The translations under genes and the position numbers were made by a program. A stretch of DNA of 64,000 nt from Euryarchaeota archaeon UBA552 (GTDB taxonomy: Archaea; Thermoplasmatota; Poseidoniia; Poseidoniales; Thalassarchaeaceae): the NCBI GenBank assembly GCA_002499585.1, contig DAMH01000027.1, positions 215,983 through 279,982 on the forward strand, given 5' to 3'. This document shows positions 21,001 through 29,664 of this stretch, one piece after another; the stretch's first letter is position 1; the number at the start of each line of letters is the position of its first letter. The notes beneath the pieces were generated by a model. That model ran no database searches. It saw only the letters and a program-made list of their open reading frames with translations, and was not told where the DNA came from.

Positions 21001-21777
21001 AGAACCATGAGTGCCAGAATCATACGACTCTCTCGCTGGTTGTTCGGAGTCAGTTATTACTGCGTCATAAAAAGCAGATATCTTCGGGTCACAGTCGATT
21101 AAGATGGGTTCGGGGTTGAACGGGTCTGGGTCAGGTTGATCACATCCGAGGGTGATTTCATCGTCCATGTCATTTAGGCCCTCATGATCTCCACGAACAC
21201 CTGTGTCTAGGACGGCTATTGTTACTCCAGTGCCATCATACCCATAATTAGACCAGACTTCTGTGACCCCCATATTGGGGGCGGCCTCGTTCATGTGGGT
21301 TTCTGCAAGTCCCAGATCCTCGAGCATAACCACTCCAGACAAGTCGAATATGGGTGAAAGGGGGTGTATGAGGTGAATTGGTACATTGGCGATCAAACTG
21401 TCAAGAAAGAGGGGCCTCATTGTAACAACAGCGCCTAATTCCTCAAGAGCGGACACATCCGCACTGGACGGATGATGATCATAATCCACAAAAACGCGTG
21501 CATAGCCGGAATCGGCCATTTTCCACCAACCTTCGTAGATTTCAGGAGGCTGGTTCAACAACCAAGAAATGCGATCGTCAATTTTGTCTCCATTTTTGTC
21601 TCTGGACCAATCCTGCCACCATTCATCATGAATTTCCAATGATTGCCTAGGCTGCCATTCGCCTGCTGCGTCGAACCCACCTCGTTCGGTTTGGGGGTTG
21701 ATTTGTGAAGCTGTCAGAGGTACGATGAGTGTAGCTAACAACAACAGGGCTAGGGCTCGTCGTGATGCGGTCATCAT
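17983..21777 (-). CDS. Fusion of a secreted S8 subtilisin-like serine protease and an AmpG-like MFS transporter
   Basis: Signal peptide; DTG, HGSHVAG, SAGN, GTSMATP; linker TM; then YFAQGLP, LPWTFKWIWGPVVD, RRQW, SLQDVGTDA, GTQFTAY; one uninterrupted ORF (start 21777 or 21825). Confidence 0.9.
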   Translation of the reverse strand: MMTASRRALALLLLATLIVPLTASQINPQTERGGFDAAGEWQPRQSLEIHDEWWQDWSRDKNGDKIDDRISWLLNQPPEIYEGWWKMADSGYARVFVDYDHHPSSADVSALEELGAVVTMRPLFLDSLIANVPIHLIHPLSPIFDLSGVVMLEDLGLAETHMNEAAPNMGVTEVWSNYGYDGTGVTIAVLDTGVRGDHEGLNDMDDEITLGCDQPDPDPFNPEPILIDCDPKISAFYDAVITDSEQPARESYDSGTHGSHVAGIAAGTGGGQESPDGSRYIGAAPGAWIVNILACCDGDIQDIIEGAQWAIQNKDSRGIDILTSSLGEQQLEFHFDNDGSSAWSQQMDAVAASGIITFLSAGNEFGGATFAGCNTIDSPGDANLPITVASLDKDLGLAIYSSRGYTSDGRVKPDVSTIGSNIMAPDAATSDGYTSKSGTSMATPLMAGIAALMVEANPDITHDQVKAIISADSIERDVQLLDDPGFNDCSILETRPDNEFGYGQADPLRFVESAGAIDPSLNVSMDVTTLQEIGNESRVYGISNGGAPGVGYVQVKVGGGEWQQAADLSSAGDWSTWNVKLNPHSESGNSTIYSRLVISEDRMSPVDARRVVLIDGQSQSGDGAGGQTTMGPYVFLIPFLATLALLGWTALREDWVNTTPVKKKDDEDKEESDELGSDPFSGGLASVRAFTSEMMQGGPLTENKSRRIFTLCILYFAQGLPWGFASVTFAAYLVDNGVAIGDVAILFATVALPWTFKWIWGPVVDAVNIPRYGARRQWVLIAQTGMVVTLATLLLVPDLNAEIELVTRLLFVHNIFASLQDVGTDALAVEILEPNEVAKANGFMFAAKRAGIIVGGAVLGVAVTKIGISGVIVIQLALLSTILMVPLWMVEKPGVKLFPWSKAEADGISFGDIPLDSETSEDVESEPWNNEERFMLAKKIGYTLDSTKITASAFMAVIGITIWLIGFAIDVFTIDLRFGDNLRSFTNPASYASIAVSIALLGLSYTSVADKVTTLVPNPLTALPQGTRKGVAVTSFFLTKAFSVRSAFLLIGLCLLSELYIFVGPIVIDIFINEAGWSQAKYNGIVGGVVVFGALIGQIVGGLLGDKFGVRRVAMVGFTALALANACLAFLQSMWGNTSIMTVYLIAQAFIGGMAWICIISLSMRLTWSKVGGTQFTAYMSLFNLSGVFAYTLTERMISIFDYTTAIYIGAALTLITVFMLVFIDEDETDRILEDGTGWWEDLPDDLGETPIEVRPDEKPASSI

Positions 21778-21894
21778 ATGTCCGAGTAGCATGTCCCTCA
21801 AGTTCCTTGCGCTCATTAGATTCAATTCATACCAGAAAACGCCACCCTATTTACCAGAACCCACACCGGATGATGAATGAGTGGCGAGTCGTCA

Positions 21895-22608
21895 ATGTCA
21901 AATGTGGATAAGGCCATACAGGAATTCGCCGCAGGCAGGCCTGTAATGGTATTTGACTCGTCCTTTCGAGAAAGTGAGACTGATCTTCTTTGGCCCGCTC
22001 AATTTGCGACACCAGATGTTATCCGCAAGCTTAGAAATGATTGTGGAGGATTATTGTTTCTGGCAATTGGTGATGAAATAGGAAGTTTGTTTGATTTACC
22101 TTGGTTGCAAGATATTCACACACATCCCGATCTGTTGACCCAACATCCAGTTCTCGATTCTCTCAGGACAGATGACTTACAATACGACACAAAATCAGCA
22201 TTCACACTGTCTATAAACCACAGAAAAACGTTCACAGGGATCACAGACAGAGACAGATCGCTGACCACCAGACGATTCGGAGAGTTGAGCGACGATGTGT
22301 TGCGAAGAGGTCTCTCCCCCGACGAAGCAAGAGAGGCGCTGGGTAAAGAATTCAGAACGCCTGGCCATATTCCCGTCTGCAGAGAGTCGATCGGAGGATT
22401 AGCTACCCGGCAGGGACACACAGAACTGGCCGTGAGTATCGCCCGGCTGGCTGGTTTAGTACCGTGTACTATCGGAGCAGAAATGCTTGAACCTGAGGGG
22501 GATGGCGCACTGCCTGTGGAAGTGGCGAGGTTGTATGCAAAGGCTCACTCCATTCCGATGATAACTGGAAAAGATCTTCTGGAATTTCAAAATATATCAG
22601 GGGGCTAA
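21895..22608 (+). CDS. ribB: 3,4-dihydroxy-2-butanone 4-phosphate synthase
   Basis: FD..RESETDL, TGITDRDRSLT, FRTPGH, RQGHTE. Confidence 0.93.
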   Translation: MSNVDKAIQEFAAGRPVMVFDSSFRESETDLLWPAQFATPDVIRKLRNDCGGLLFLAIGDEIGSLFDLPWLQDIHTHPDLLTQHPVLDSLRTDDLQYDTKSAFTLSINHRKTFTGITDRDRSLTTRRFGELSDDVLRRGLSPDEAREALGKEFRTPGHIPVCRESIGGLATRQGHTELAVSIARLAGLVPCTIGAEMLEPEGDGALPVEVARLYAKAHSIPMITGKDLLEFQNISGG

Positions 22609-22614
22609 TGGTAC

Positions 22615-23070
22615 TTGACCAGAGTTATGGCAGTTGGTGTGTTTGACTTGTTGCATGCAGGTCATCTCCATTATTTGGAACAAGCCAAGATGTTGGGTGA
22701 GGAACTTGTCGTTGTGGTGGCTCATGATGACACTGTTCGAAGCAGGAAACACGAGCCGATAACAAATCAACAACTGAGAAAAAGGATGGTCGAAGGTTTG
22801 AAGCCAGTCGATAAAGCGATGGTTGGGAATCCTCCGTCAACTCCGATTTTTGATATACTGGCAGAGGTGAATCCGGACATAATAGCCTTGGGTTACGATC
22901 AAAAGCATTCTATTGACGCGATAAAAGAAGGTCTGGCAGCTCACGGTCATTCAGAAGTTCAGGTTCTGAGGGTAGAGGGCCTTTCAGACGATCTAGACGG
23001 CACGCGGAAGATAATTGCTAAGATTCTAAACCTTTGGCCGAACGAGGATGGCGGACCCTACGGAGAGTGA
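22615..23070 (+). CDS. ribL: Archaeal FAD synthase (cytidylyltransferase family)
   Basis: GVFDLLHAGH, PDIIALGYDQ; lies inside the riboflavin operon. Confidence 0.88.
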   Translation: MTRVMAVGVFDLLHAGHLHYLEQAKMLGEELVVVVAHDDTVRSRKHEPITNQQLRKRMVEGLKPVDKAMVGNPPSTPIFDILAEVNPDIIALGYDQKHSIDAIKEGLAAHGHSEVQVLRVEGLSDDLDGTRKIIAKILNLWPNEDGGPYGE

Positions 23071-23076
23071 ATCACA

Positions 23077-23712
23077 ATGTTTAGTGGAATTGTTGAAGGC
23101 GTGGCTAGACTCCAGTCAATATCCGAAAAACAAGGTCATCTTGAATGGGAAATTCATCTTCCTGCAGGTGCGGCTAAAGGACTAGAGATTGGTGCAAGCG
23201 TTGCACTGAACGGTGTTTGCCTGACAGCAACCGGAATTAAAGCGGACATTGTCACTTTTGACCTAATAACAGAAACGCTGGAGAGATCCTCACTGGGAGC
23301 ATTGGTAGAAGGATCCTCGTTGAATTATGAAAGATCGATGAAATTTGGCGATGAGGTAGGCGGCCATCTTGTCTCTGGCCATATCATGGCAACAGGTACT
23401 GTTGAGGAAATAGTCTTCGTAAACAGCCCGGATACCATTTCAAAAACGGCAGTGTTGATCATAAAACCACATCCGTCTGTTTCCGAATATATTTTTGAAA
23501 AGGGTTACATAGCAATCGATGGCATATCCCTCACAGTGGGAAAGATTAACCCGAATGGGTCGTTTTACCTCCATATAATTCCAGAAACATTGAGGAGGAC
23601 CACGCTAGGGTCCAAAACCAAAGGGGATCTTGTGAACATTGAAATTGACGCAATTACCCAAGCAACAGTAGACACTGTGAGAAGAATGTTGAAGGAGGAT
23701 AGGCTGAGATGA
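23077..23712 (+). CDS. ribE: Riboflavin synthase, bacterial alpha-chain type
   Basis: MFSGIVE N-terminus, GASVALNGVCLT, GGHLVSGH, KGYIAIDGISLT, VNIEID. Confidence 0.93.
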   Translation: MFSGIVEGVARLQSISEKQGHLEWEIHLPAGAAKGLEIGASVALNGVCLTATGIKADIVTFDLITETLERSSLGALVEGSSLNYERSMKFGDEVGGHLVSGHIMATGTVEEIVFVNSPDTISKTAVLIIKPHPSVSEYIFEKGYIAIDGISLTVGKINPNGSFYLHIIPETLRRTTLGSKTKGDLVNIEIDAITQATVDTVRRMLKEDRLR

Positions 23713-24107
23713 GTCGAGTGGGTTTGGTCTGCGGCTCATTCCACAAAGAGTCAGTGGAAAAAATGGTGCTACATGCGACTGATGAAGCTCGCGCCAATGG
23801 CCTGGAGATCTCAGACATCGTTTGGGTTCCGGGCTCAGTAGAAGCTCCTCTCGCAACCGCTAGATTGCTTGAAAGGGATGATATAATCGGGGTTGCATGC
23901 CTTGGAATAATAGAAAAAGGAGAAACCGACCACGGGCTAGTTATAGGCCAAGCAGTTGTGAAAAGCCTCATTGACCTACAACTGGGCTACGATAAGCCGG
24001 TCGGTTTGGGAATCATAGGCCCTGGTGTTGAACCAGAACAAATCAATAGGCGTCTGGAGCCTCATGCCAGATCGGCGATTATTGCAGTGTCAAGCATGAT
24101 CGTATGA
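23709..24107 (+). CDS. ribH: 6,7-dimethyl-8-ribityllumazine synthase
   Basis: VPGSVEAP, LGIIEKGETDH, KPVGLGIIGPG; ATGA overlap with the upstream gene. Confidence 0.88.
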   Translation: MSRVGLVCGSFHKESVEKMVLHATDEARANGLEISDIVWVPGSVEAPLATARLLERDDIIGVACLGIIEKGETDHGLVIGQAVVKSLIDLQLGYDKPVGLGIIGPGVEPEQINRRLEPHARSAIIAVSSMIV

Positions 24108-24178
24108 AATTTCCATAGACCGTTGTTCTGTAATTACCAGAGTCAATGTTGAAGGGACTCCTGTATCCTCATAGCCCC

Positions 24179-25105
24179 ATGCCCACCACACACAACGTGA
24201 TTATAATCGGATCAGGCCCTGCGGGTTACACTGCAGGATTGTACTCCGCCAGAGCAATGATGGAGCCTTTGATGTTCGCAGGGTACATGTCAGGTGGACA
24301 ACTAATGTTAACCTCAGACATCGAAAATTTCCCGGGTTATCCCGAAGGAATAGGAGGGCCTGAGATGATGATGGAATTAAGATCTCAAGCCGAGAGGTTT
24401 GGATTGAATGTGATTGACAAAAACGTTGAGAAGGTGGATTTGTCATCAAGGCCGTTCGGTGTATGGGTTGAAGGAGTTGAGTATCGATCTGAAAGCTTGA
24501 TCGTATGCACAGGAGCGGAGGCCATTTGGCTTGGGGTGAAGGGGGAAGATGCTCAAAAAGGAAGGGGGATTTCTACATGTGCGACTTGTGACGGGGCGTT
24601 TTTCAAAGATGAAGAAGTAGTCGTAGTAGGTGGCGGTGATTCAGCCATGGAAGAGGCCACGTTCTTGACAAGATTTGCGAGTAAGGTGACAATAATCCAT
24701 CGAAGAGATGTATTCAGAGCCTCAAAAGTGATGTTGGATAGGGCAAAGAACAACCCAAAAATTGAGATAATGACACACAGACAAGTCAAGGAATGGCTTG
24801 GGGATGAGAAGGGGCTCAAGGGCGCTATTATTCAAGATCCTCGTGACGGCTCACAAGAGCAGATAGCATGCACGGGGGCTTTCATAGCAATAGGCCACAA
24901 ACCGATAACCGGGTTTTTAGATGGACAGATCGAAACAGACTCAGAAGGCTATATTCTTCACGTTGAGAATACGATGACAAGCGTCCCAGGGGTCTTTGCA
25001 GCTGGTGATGTCGTGGATACCCGTTACAGACAAGCCATTACAGCAGCAGGTATGGGGTGCCAAGCGGCTATTGATTCTGAGAGATGGTTGGAATCACAAC
25101 ATTGA
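24179..25105 (+). CDS. trxB: Thioredoxin-disulfide reductase
   Basis: IIGSGPAG, CATCDG, GGGDSAMEE, HRR, FAAGD, YRQA. Confidence 0.96.
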   Translation: MPTTHNVIIIGSGPAGYTAGLYSARAMMEPLMFAGYMSGGQLMLTSDIENFPGYPEGIGGPEMMMELRSQAERFGLNVIDKNVEKVDLSSRPFGVWVEGVEYRSESLIVCTGAEAIWLGVKGEDAQKGRGISTCATCDGAFFKDEEVVVVGGGDSAMEEATFLTRFASKVTIIHRRDVFRASKVMLDRAKNNPKIEIMTHRQVKEWLGDEKGLKGAIIQDPRDGSQEQIACTGAFIAIGHKPITGFLDGQIETDSEGYILHVENTMTSVPGVFAAGDVVDTRYRQAITAAGMGCQAAIDSERWLESQH

Positions 25106-25111
25106 GATGGT

Positions 25112-25516
25112 TTGATGGAAGTCCTCATTTTTGAAGAGAAGAGAAAGGAAACTGGACTTTCAAAGAGAATGCTCGCCATGGTGCTTTACACCATCCACAT
25201 ACTGGTCACTCTGCTAATTGCATTTGGCTGGATGTCTCCATGGGACATCATACTCTGGTGTGTTGTGATCACATATGCCGCTACAGAGATACTTTGGGCT
25301 ACAAGACAGGGTTTTTGCATACTTACAGACATGGAAAGGTGGTTGCTGGAGATCGACAAACCAGACAGTGCCCTACAACAAAACTTCATCCACAGGATAA
25401 TAAAAAACACGACTGGAAGATCATTAGACCCTAAATTTGCACGGAATTTGACTGTTACAATTGGAAGGTTTAGTTTCATGGCAAGCTTGTTCCGCCTTGC
25501 TGTCCCGGGAATTTGA
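25112..25516 (+). CDS. DUF2784-like membrane protein
   Basis: Three TM segments and a C.LT..E..L motif (GFCILTDMERWL). Confidence 0.6.
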   Translation: MMEVLIFEEKRKETGLSKRMLAMVLYTIHILVTLLIAFGWMSPWDIILWCVVITYAATEILWATRQGFCILTDMERWLLEIDKPDSALQQNFIHRIIKNTTGRSLDPKFARNLTVTIGRFSFMASLFRLAVPGI

Positions 25517-25521
25517 TAGTT

Positions 25522-26601
25522 ATGGATAAGAAGCGGTTGAACAGATACAGTAGACACATCGCATTAGATCAGATAGGATTATCGGGTCAAATTACTTTGT
25601 CAGAGTCTGTTGTGACGGTGGTCGGAGCAGGCGGATTAGGATCTCCCGCTCTGCTGTATCTTGCAGCTGCAGGAGTGGGCGAAATTAGAATTATTGATCA
25701 TGATGAAGTTGACCTTTCAAATCTTCAAAGGCAGATTCTACATTCAGAGAGGGCAGTGGGGCGAAAAAAGATTGATTCTGCAGATGAGAGGTTGAAAGAA
25801 ATAGACCAGGAAATAATAATCAAAAAATATCCAATCAGATTGGACGGAAAAAATGCAACAGAATTGTTATTGGGTTCTGACGTTGTTGTTGACGGTACGG
25901 ATAATTTTGACGCGAGGTATGCAATCAACGACGCGTGTGCGGAGATTGGTGTTCCATGGGTATTCGCCAGTGTTCTTCGGTTTGAAGGGCAAGTCTCAGT
26001 TTTCAATTACAATGGTGGGCCGAATTACAGGGATCTGTTTCCAACGGCGCCTCCTCCAGAAATGTCCCCTAATTGTGCAGAAGCAGGGGTCCTTGGATCT
26101 GTCACAGGCATTATAGGTTCGATTCAAGCTACAGAAGCAATAAAGATAATCTTGAGGCAAGAAGGTGTTTTGTCCGGAAAGCTCCTCATTCTGGATGCAT
26201 TGAATATGCATTCTCGTATTCTAAAAATAGATTACGTTGAGGCTGCAGGGATAGAGGAAAAGCCTGTCGAGATTGGTAAAGTGACCACCCCTAGAGAATT
26301 AGATCTCAAATTTAAGGCAGGAGAAGCGGTATTCTTACTCGATGTTAGAAAGCCACAGGAGGAGTTGATAGCGACGATCCCTGGCACATCAATGAGAATT
26401 GATCATCTTCAAGTCCCCTCAAGGTTGGATGAGCTTCCTAGTGACATCCCGATTATCGTATACTGCCACTCAGGAATCCGATCCGGAATGATCGTGAGGT
26501 ACTTATCCAATATCCAGAGATTCGAAAATAAAGTATCTAACCTAAAAGGCGGAATAGATCTTTGGTCTCGTGAAATAGATTCAACTATACCACGATATTA
26601 A
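25522..26601 (+). CDS. moeB: MoeB/ThiF adenylyltransferase fused to rhodanese (MoeZ-like)
   Basis: RYSRH, GAGGLG, SNLQRQ, DGTDNF, PNCAEAGVLG; C-terminal DVR...YCHSGIRS...GGI..W. Confidence 0.92.
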   Translation: MDKKRLNRYSRHIALDQIGLSGQITLSESVVTVVGAGGLGSPALLYLAAAGVGEIRIIDHDEVDLSNLQRQILHSERAVGRKKIDSADERLKEIDQEIIIKKYPIRLDGKNATELLLGSDVVVDGTDNFDARYAINDACAEIGVPWVFASVLRFEGQVSVFNYNGGPNYRDLFPTAPPPEMSPNCAEAGVLGSVTGIIGSIQATEAIKIILRQEGVLSGKLLILDALNMHSRILKIDYVEAAGIEEKPVEIGKVTTPRELDLKFKAGEAVFLLDVRKPQEELIATIPGTSMRIDHLQVPSRLDELPSDIPIIVYCHSGIRSGMIVRYLSNIQRFENKVSNLKGGIDLWSREIDSTIPRY

Positions 26602-26784
26602 ATTATATTATTTTATGTCTTTAAAAAAATAAATTTTTGTTTATATTATGTATTAATATTTTTTAATTTAATCATATATTATGTAAAAATAAGTTTAGTG
26701 CTTATTTTTTTTTATGTGCATATTGAATTTGCATTAATATTTTTTTTATGTTTTAAAATAATATAAAAACCGAATATTTCATGT
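26601..26784. repeat. AT-rich island with a phased (T/C)ATGT array, 33-bp period
   Basis: 21 G+C in 26601-26780 (about 12%, hand count); ATGT cores with G at 26617, 26650, 26683, 26716, 26750, 26783. Confidence 0.8.
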
Positions 26785-26806
26785 GCCTAACAACATTCGA
26801 ACGATC

Positions 26807-29614
26807 ATGAGCGAAGATATGTTTGGAATTTGGAAATGTCCGTTATGCGGTCATCACCAACCTTGGAAATCCAAAAAACGTGAGTTACGGGCACTGGACA
26901 GGCGCTGTTCTAAGTGTTCAGAAAGGACCAGGGTCATGATAGAGCGTTCATCAACAGGACAGGGGAGGACCTCAAAGGCACGTTTTTGGTTGAGGTCCGG
27001 AATTACCGAAGCGGATCTTGAAGACGAGGCAGCAAGTAGGAACAAGCCGATAGGCTTGAAAAATGCAGATGGACAAAGTGAACAGTCAGAGTTGCCCAAA
27101 ATTTGGGGGCAGGGCTGGAATCCGGAGAGGCCTCTGATATTCCAGAAGTCTATGCAAATAGTTCACTTAAGGATGGAAATAATGAGGTTTGTCGCCGAAA
27201 GGTGGGATGGATTCCTAGAAATGGTTGATTCTGTTCTCACCGAGAAACTCGGCACTAAATCTATGAGCGGCGATGAATTTCACCAGTGGTCGAAGGATTT
27301 CTGCGTGTCTATTTCGGAGGCGTATGATGAAAGGTTGCATGTTTCTGGCATTAATGGAGTTTTGAACATCGAAATTATTCCAAGGAGATCAGGTCGGACC
27401 CACCTCGCAAGGAGGCGGACTCGCCTACTATTAGATCTGAAGTTGTTGTTAAGGAGAATGGCATACACAAATTCCATCACGCTGGATAATAGGTTAAATT
27501 GGCACAGATTGATGATAAGAACCAAGATACTGGACCGGCATCTGAAAGAATTGTTTGTTCATGGGGTTGAAGCTCCTGATGGCACTAAGTTCGGTGGAAA
27601 AGGCTTCAGGTCAACATGGCAAGAGTCCGTAGCAGCATGTGGATCCGCTCTGATTTTGGGAAAAGATGTGGCGGCACCAATGATCAGGGATCTTGGGCTC
27701 GCACTCGCTATGGGGCAAACTCCTATTTCGATAATGGCAGCCCAGATGGGGAAGTCTGGTTCGAACATGAGTGGTGGGCAAGAAAATGGAGGCGGAAGGG
27801 ACCTACACATAGGAGAATGGTCTCGCGGAATTCTACCTCCCACGGCGCCTTTGCCGATCGCCAGTGCGACCACAACAGGAATCGCCCTAGCTTCCTCTCG
27901 GCTGGGTCTTGATAGGTTTCATTTGGCCCCGGTTGGAGAGGGCTGCAGCAGTAATGGCGAGTTTTGGGAAGCCATCAATTTCGCTGGAGCTAGGGGTCTG
28001 CCCATATGCTACATCATTCAAAACAATCAAATTGCCCTGGACACATTTTCAAACAAACAGTCTGGGGCTGAAACTTTTGGTGACAAGGGAGCATCCGTGG
28101 GACTCCCGTCATGGACAATTGATGGCTCAGACCCTGCTTCCTACTACGCTTCAGTCTCAGTGGCAAGAGAACTCGCAGTCTCGGGCCACGGGGGAAGTAT
28201 AATCCATGTCGAAACGATGAGGGGGTGCGGCCATGCACATCACCATGACGACCTGTATCTCGGTGCTCAAAACGGAAACCCCCCAGGTTATGTTGGAGAA
28301 GATCTGATTGAGTACTGGAGCGGGAAAGAGCCCATTGAGAATCATCTAGGATTGCTGAGATCTATGGGTGTCGGCTCAAAGGTTCTCAAATCAATCGAGC
28401 AGGAAGAGGAGGCATACTGCGCCGAGGCTAGATCTGAAGTAGAATCGATGGATTGGCCTGAACCGGAAACAGTTGTGAAAGGGATCACAAAAATAACAGA
28501 CGCAAGAAGTCACCACGCTCAATTGGACCAAATGGAAGATAATTTTTCAGATCGGAATCAACCGGTGTTGGAGCCGATGGTTTTCAGTGATGCGGCCAAT
28601 GCGTGGACCTTCAGCAAGTCTATTCAGAGCGCGATGGTTGATATCGCAGAGAAGTACGGTGACCGTGTTGTCTTCATGGGTGAAGACATGGAAGTAGCAG
28701 GTGCTTTTGGCCTTAATCTGGCATTGAAAGCCAGAGGTCACAAAGACAAACTCTTGGACATGCCGTTATCTGAATCAATAATTATCAATGGTGCCACTGG
28801 AGCGGCAATTGGAGGGTTACGCCCACTTGCAGAGATACAGTTTGGGGGGTTTGCGGCTCTAGCTATGAATGCACTGGTAAACAACGCGGCCCAGTTACGT
28901 TGGAGATGGGGTGCTGATGTGCCACTGACAGTGAGAATACCCTTGGGTGGGAAGACGAGAAGCGGTCCATTTCACGCCAACATGATTGAATCATGGTTCT
29001 TGAATGACCCGGGCCTCATTGTCGGGTTCCCATCAAATCCGCAGGACGCGTACGATTTATTGATCGAGGGGCATTCTATGGACGATCCATTCGTTATGTT
29101 GGAGCATATTGGTTTGTATGGTTTGAGGGGGGGATTAACAGGCTGGGGCGACAGGATAAGCCAAGATGTCGACACTTCGGCTGTCAAGGTTAGATTGAAC
29201 GGGGGAACTCATACAATCGGCAGGGCAAGAGTCGCTAGATCTGGGGGGGACGCAACGATTGTGACATGGGGAGCTATGGTTCACGTCGCAATGAGCGCAG
29301 CCCGAAAATTGTCTGAGCACGGAATAAGCACAGAGGTCATCGACCTTAGGACCCTCAGCCCTCTCGACAAAATGACCCCGATCAAATCTGTGACTAAGAC
29401 GGGAAGGCTTCTGGTCCTTCAGGAGGCCCAGTGGACTGGGGGTTTCGGGCATACTGTGTCCTCAGCGATCCTAGAAGGAGCTTTCTGGTCTCTTGAATCC
29501 CCTCCTGTGGTCATCGGAGCTCTTGATGTCCCCGTGCCATTTTCTCCGCCTCTGGAGGATTTCACTATTCCAACTGACGATCTCGTTGTTGATCACATCA
29601 AAAGAATGGTCTGA
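26807..29614 (+). CDS. Fused E1alpha/E1beta TPP-dependent 2-oxoacid dehydrogenase with N-terminal zinc-ribbon extension
   Basis: GEG..x24..NN TPP motif, MGED, MPLSE, AEIQF, GPFH, EVIDLRTL; N-terminal CPLC-x19-CSKC. Confidence 0.9.
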   Translation: MSEDMFGIWKCPLCGHHQPWKSKKRELRALDRRCSKCSERTRVMIERSSTGQGRTSKARFWLRSGITEADLEDEAASRNKPIGLKNADGQSEQSELPKIWGQGWNPERPLIFQKSMQIVHLRMEIMRFVAERWDGFLEMVDSVLTEKLGTKSMSGDEFHQWSKDFCVSISEAYDERLHVSGINGVLNIEIIPRRSGRTHLARRRTRLLLDLKLLLRRMAYTNSITLDNRLNWHRLMIRTKILDRHLKELFVHGVEAPDGTKFGGKGFRSTWQESVAACGSALILGKDVAAPMIRDLGLALAMGQTPISIMAAQMGKSGSNMSGGQENGGGRDLHIGEWSRGILPPTAPLPIASATTTGIALASSRLGLDRFHLAPVGEGCSSNGEFWEAINFAGARGLPICYIIQNNQIALDTFSNKQSGAETFGDKGASVGLPSWTIDGSDPASYYASVSVARELAVSGHGGSIIHVETMRGCGHAHHHDDLYLGAQNGNPPGYVGEDLIEYWSGKEPIENHLGLLRSMGVGSKVLKSIEQEEEAYCAEARSEVESMDWPEPETVVKGITKITDARSHHAQLDQMEDNFSDRNQPVLEPMVFSDAANAWTFSKSIQSAMVDIAEKYGDRVVFMGEDMEVAGAFGLNLALKARGHKDKLLDMPLSESIIINGATGAAIGGLRPLAEIQFGGFAALAMNALVNNAAQLRWRWGADVPLTVRIPLGGKTRSGPFHANMIESWFLNDPGLIVGFPSNPQDAYDLLIEGHSMDDPFVMLEHIGLYGLRGGLTGWGDRISQDVDTSAVKVRLNGGTHTIGRARVARSGGDATIVTWGAMVHVAMSAARKLSEHGISTEVIDLRTLSPLDKMTPIKSVTKTGRLLVLQEAQWTGGFGHTVSSAILEGAFWSLESPPVVIGALDVPVPFSPPLEDFTIPTDDLVVDHIKRMV

Positions 29615-29664
29615 TAGGAATTATTACCCGCTTGATATATCTCTGTGAACCCCATGGGACCGAC

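Noticed and set aside
21778-21894. FMN riboswitch upstream of ribB
   Set aside because: Short divergent spacer with no RFN consensus segments
26601-26784. CRISPR array interpretation of the periodic AT island
   Set aside because: Conserved core is only 4-6 bp, the 33-bp period is far below a repeat-plus-spacer unit, and no cas genes are present
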